Assembly: GCA_965153285.1 (NCBI GenBank)
Contig: OZ229115.1
DNA: 64,000 bases
Origin: Podarcis tiliguerta
Taxonomy: Eukaryota
Strand: one strand, 5' to 3'
A program made the position numbers and the translations under genes. A model generated the notes under the pieces. That model was not told the DNA's origin. It did no database searches and saw only the letters and a program-made list of their open reading frames with translations. Each line of letters starts with the position of its first letter. The stretch's first letter is position 1. This document shows positions 63,206-64,000 of the stretch, piece by piece.

Positions 63206-64000
63206 TGATTTTTGAAGGAGGTGTTTATTTTTTAGTGTGGGGTTGGGGGACTCTGGTAGTACAACTGCACAGTATTAACGTTCTGAGCTGATTTCACTTA
63301 GGTTCTGGTCTTCCTGCAGGATAGGTGACACTACTCCATCAACCTATCATTCTGGTCATGGTGGCTTTTATAGCAGCCTCTGATATAGCTGACTGTGGAC
63401 TTCTGTTTTTCAGTTAACATACATTGCTGGCATAACTGGAGTTGCCTAATGGTGATTTGAACCATATTTTCAGGGTTGGAGTAAAACTGGCGATAAGATG
63501 ATTAAGCATTGCCCTTGAAATGGAGCATTCCTTGAGGTTCTCTCCTATTGGCTGTATTGTTTGGTGTATTTGTGTAGTCCTGCCAGTGCTATATTAATAA
63601 GTAAAAGTATTTTTGTAGCAGCACCTTCATACACTTCTGGCTGTGCTAAAGAGTTATCCAATAGCAACAGCGATCCTGAAACTTGATGTAGAGTGTTACC
63701 GTTTTGCTCCTAGAAGAGTTGCAGCTCCAGCTCCACTTTTTTGCCTTATCTAACTTTCTAGTTTTGCCTAGTTCAAATAGTTTCTAAATTTGAGACATAC
63801 TTTCCACACAGTAGCAAAGCTTATATGTGTGAAAGAACTTAATTCCTTTCATTGCAAGGAAGTATAGTTTTGATCAGAAACTGAATTGGGAAGTCTTGAA
63901 TTCAAATTTGGCCATGAATTCAGTATTTGGCCTTGGGCAATAATGGCCTCTGTCCCTATGGTTAAATGGGATACTCACCTCATCCCACACTACCTTGGGG

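Overview
Eukaryotic (vertebrate) genomic DNA, most likely a lacertid lizard judging from its Sauria/Squam-type SINEs, CR1, L2 and L1 fragments. The whole window lies inside the RNF220 gene (RING E3 ubiquitin ligase) on the + strand. Five small coding exons (9923-10052, 31461-31506, 44838-44933, 52762-52804, 62347-62390/62468) have canonical AG/GT boundaries and splice in one frame to (G)KKKATLFDSQAPICPICQVLLRPGELQEHMEQEMEKLTQLNIS-KNSILKDVMAPGTPK-SILLSASIKREGDSPTASPHSSDDIHHSDRYQ-TFLRVRANRQTRLNA-RIGKMKRRKQDEGQ. The introns between them are 21.4, 13.3, 7.8 and 9.5 kb. Almost all ORFs in the supplied track are spurious or LINE remnants. Most notable: (1) an intronic CpG-island promoter about 0.8 kb upstream of the TFLRV exon, with E2F/RFX/E-box/YY1 motifs, a four-ATG uORF and several in-frame splice options for a short isoform; (2) tandem 5' splice sites that toggle a 26-aa UBZ-like C2HC zinc finger; (3) a near-perfect 52-bp-arm intronic hairpin; (4) several non-repeat blocks rich in homeodomain motifs that look like conserved enhancers, plus a strong CTCF site. 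I found no evidence of a wholly new gene system. Repeat boundaries are approximate and family names come from recall, not database searches.
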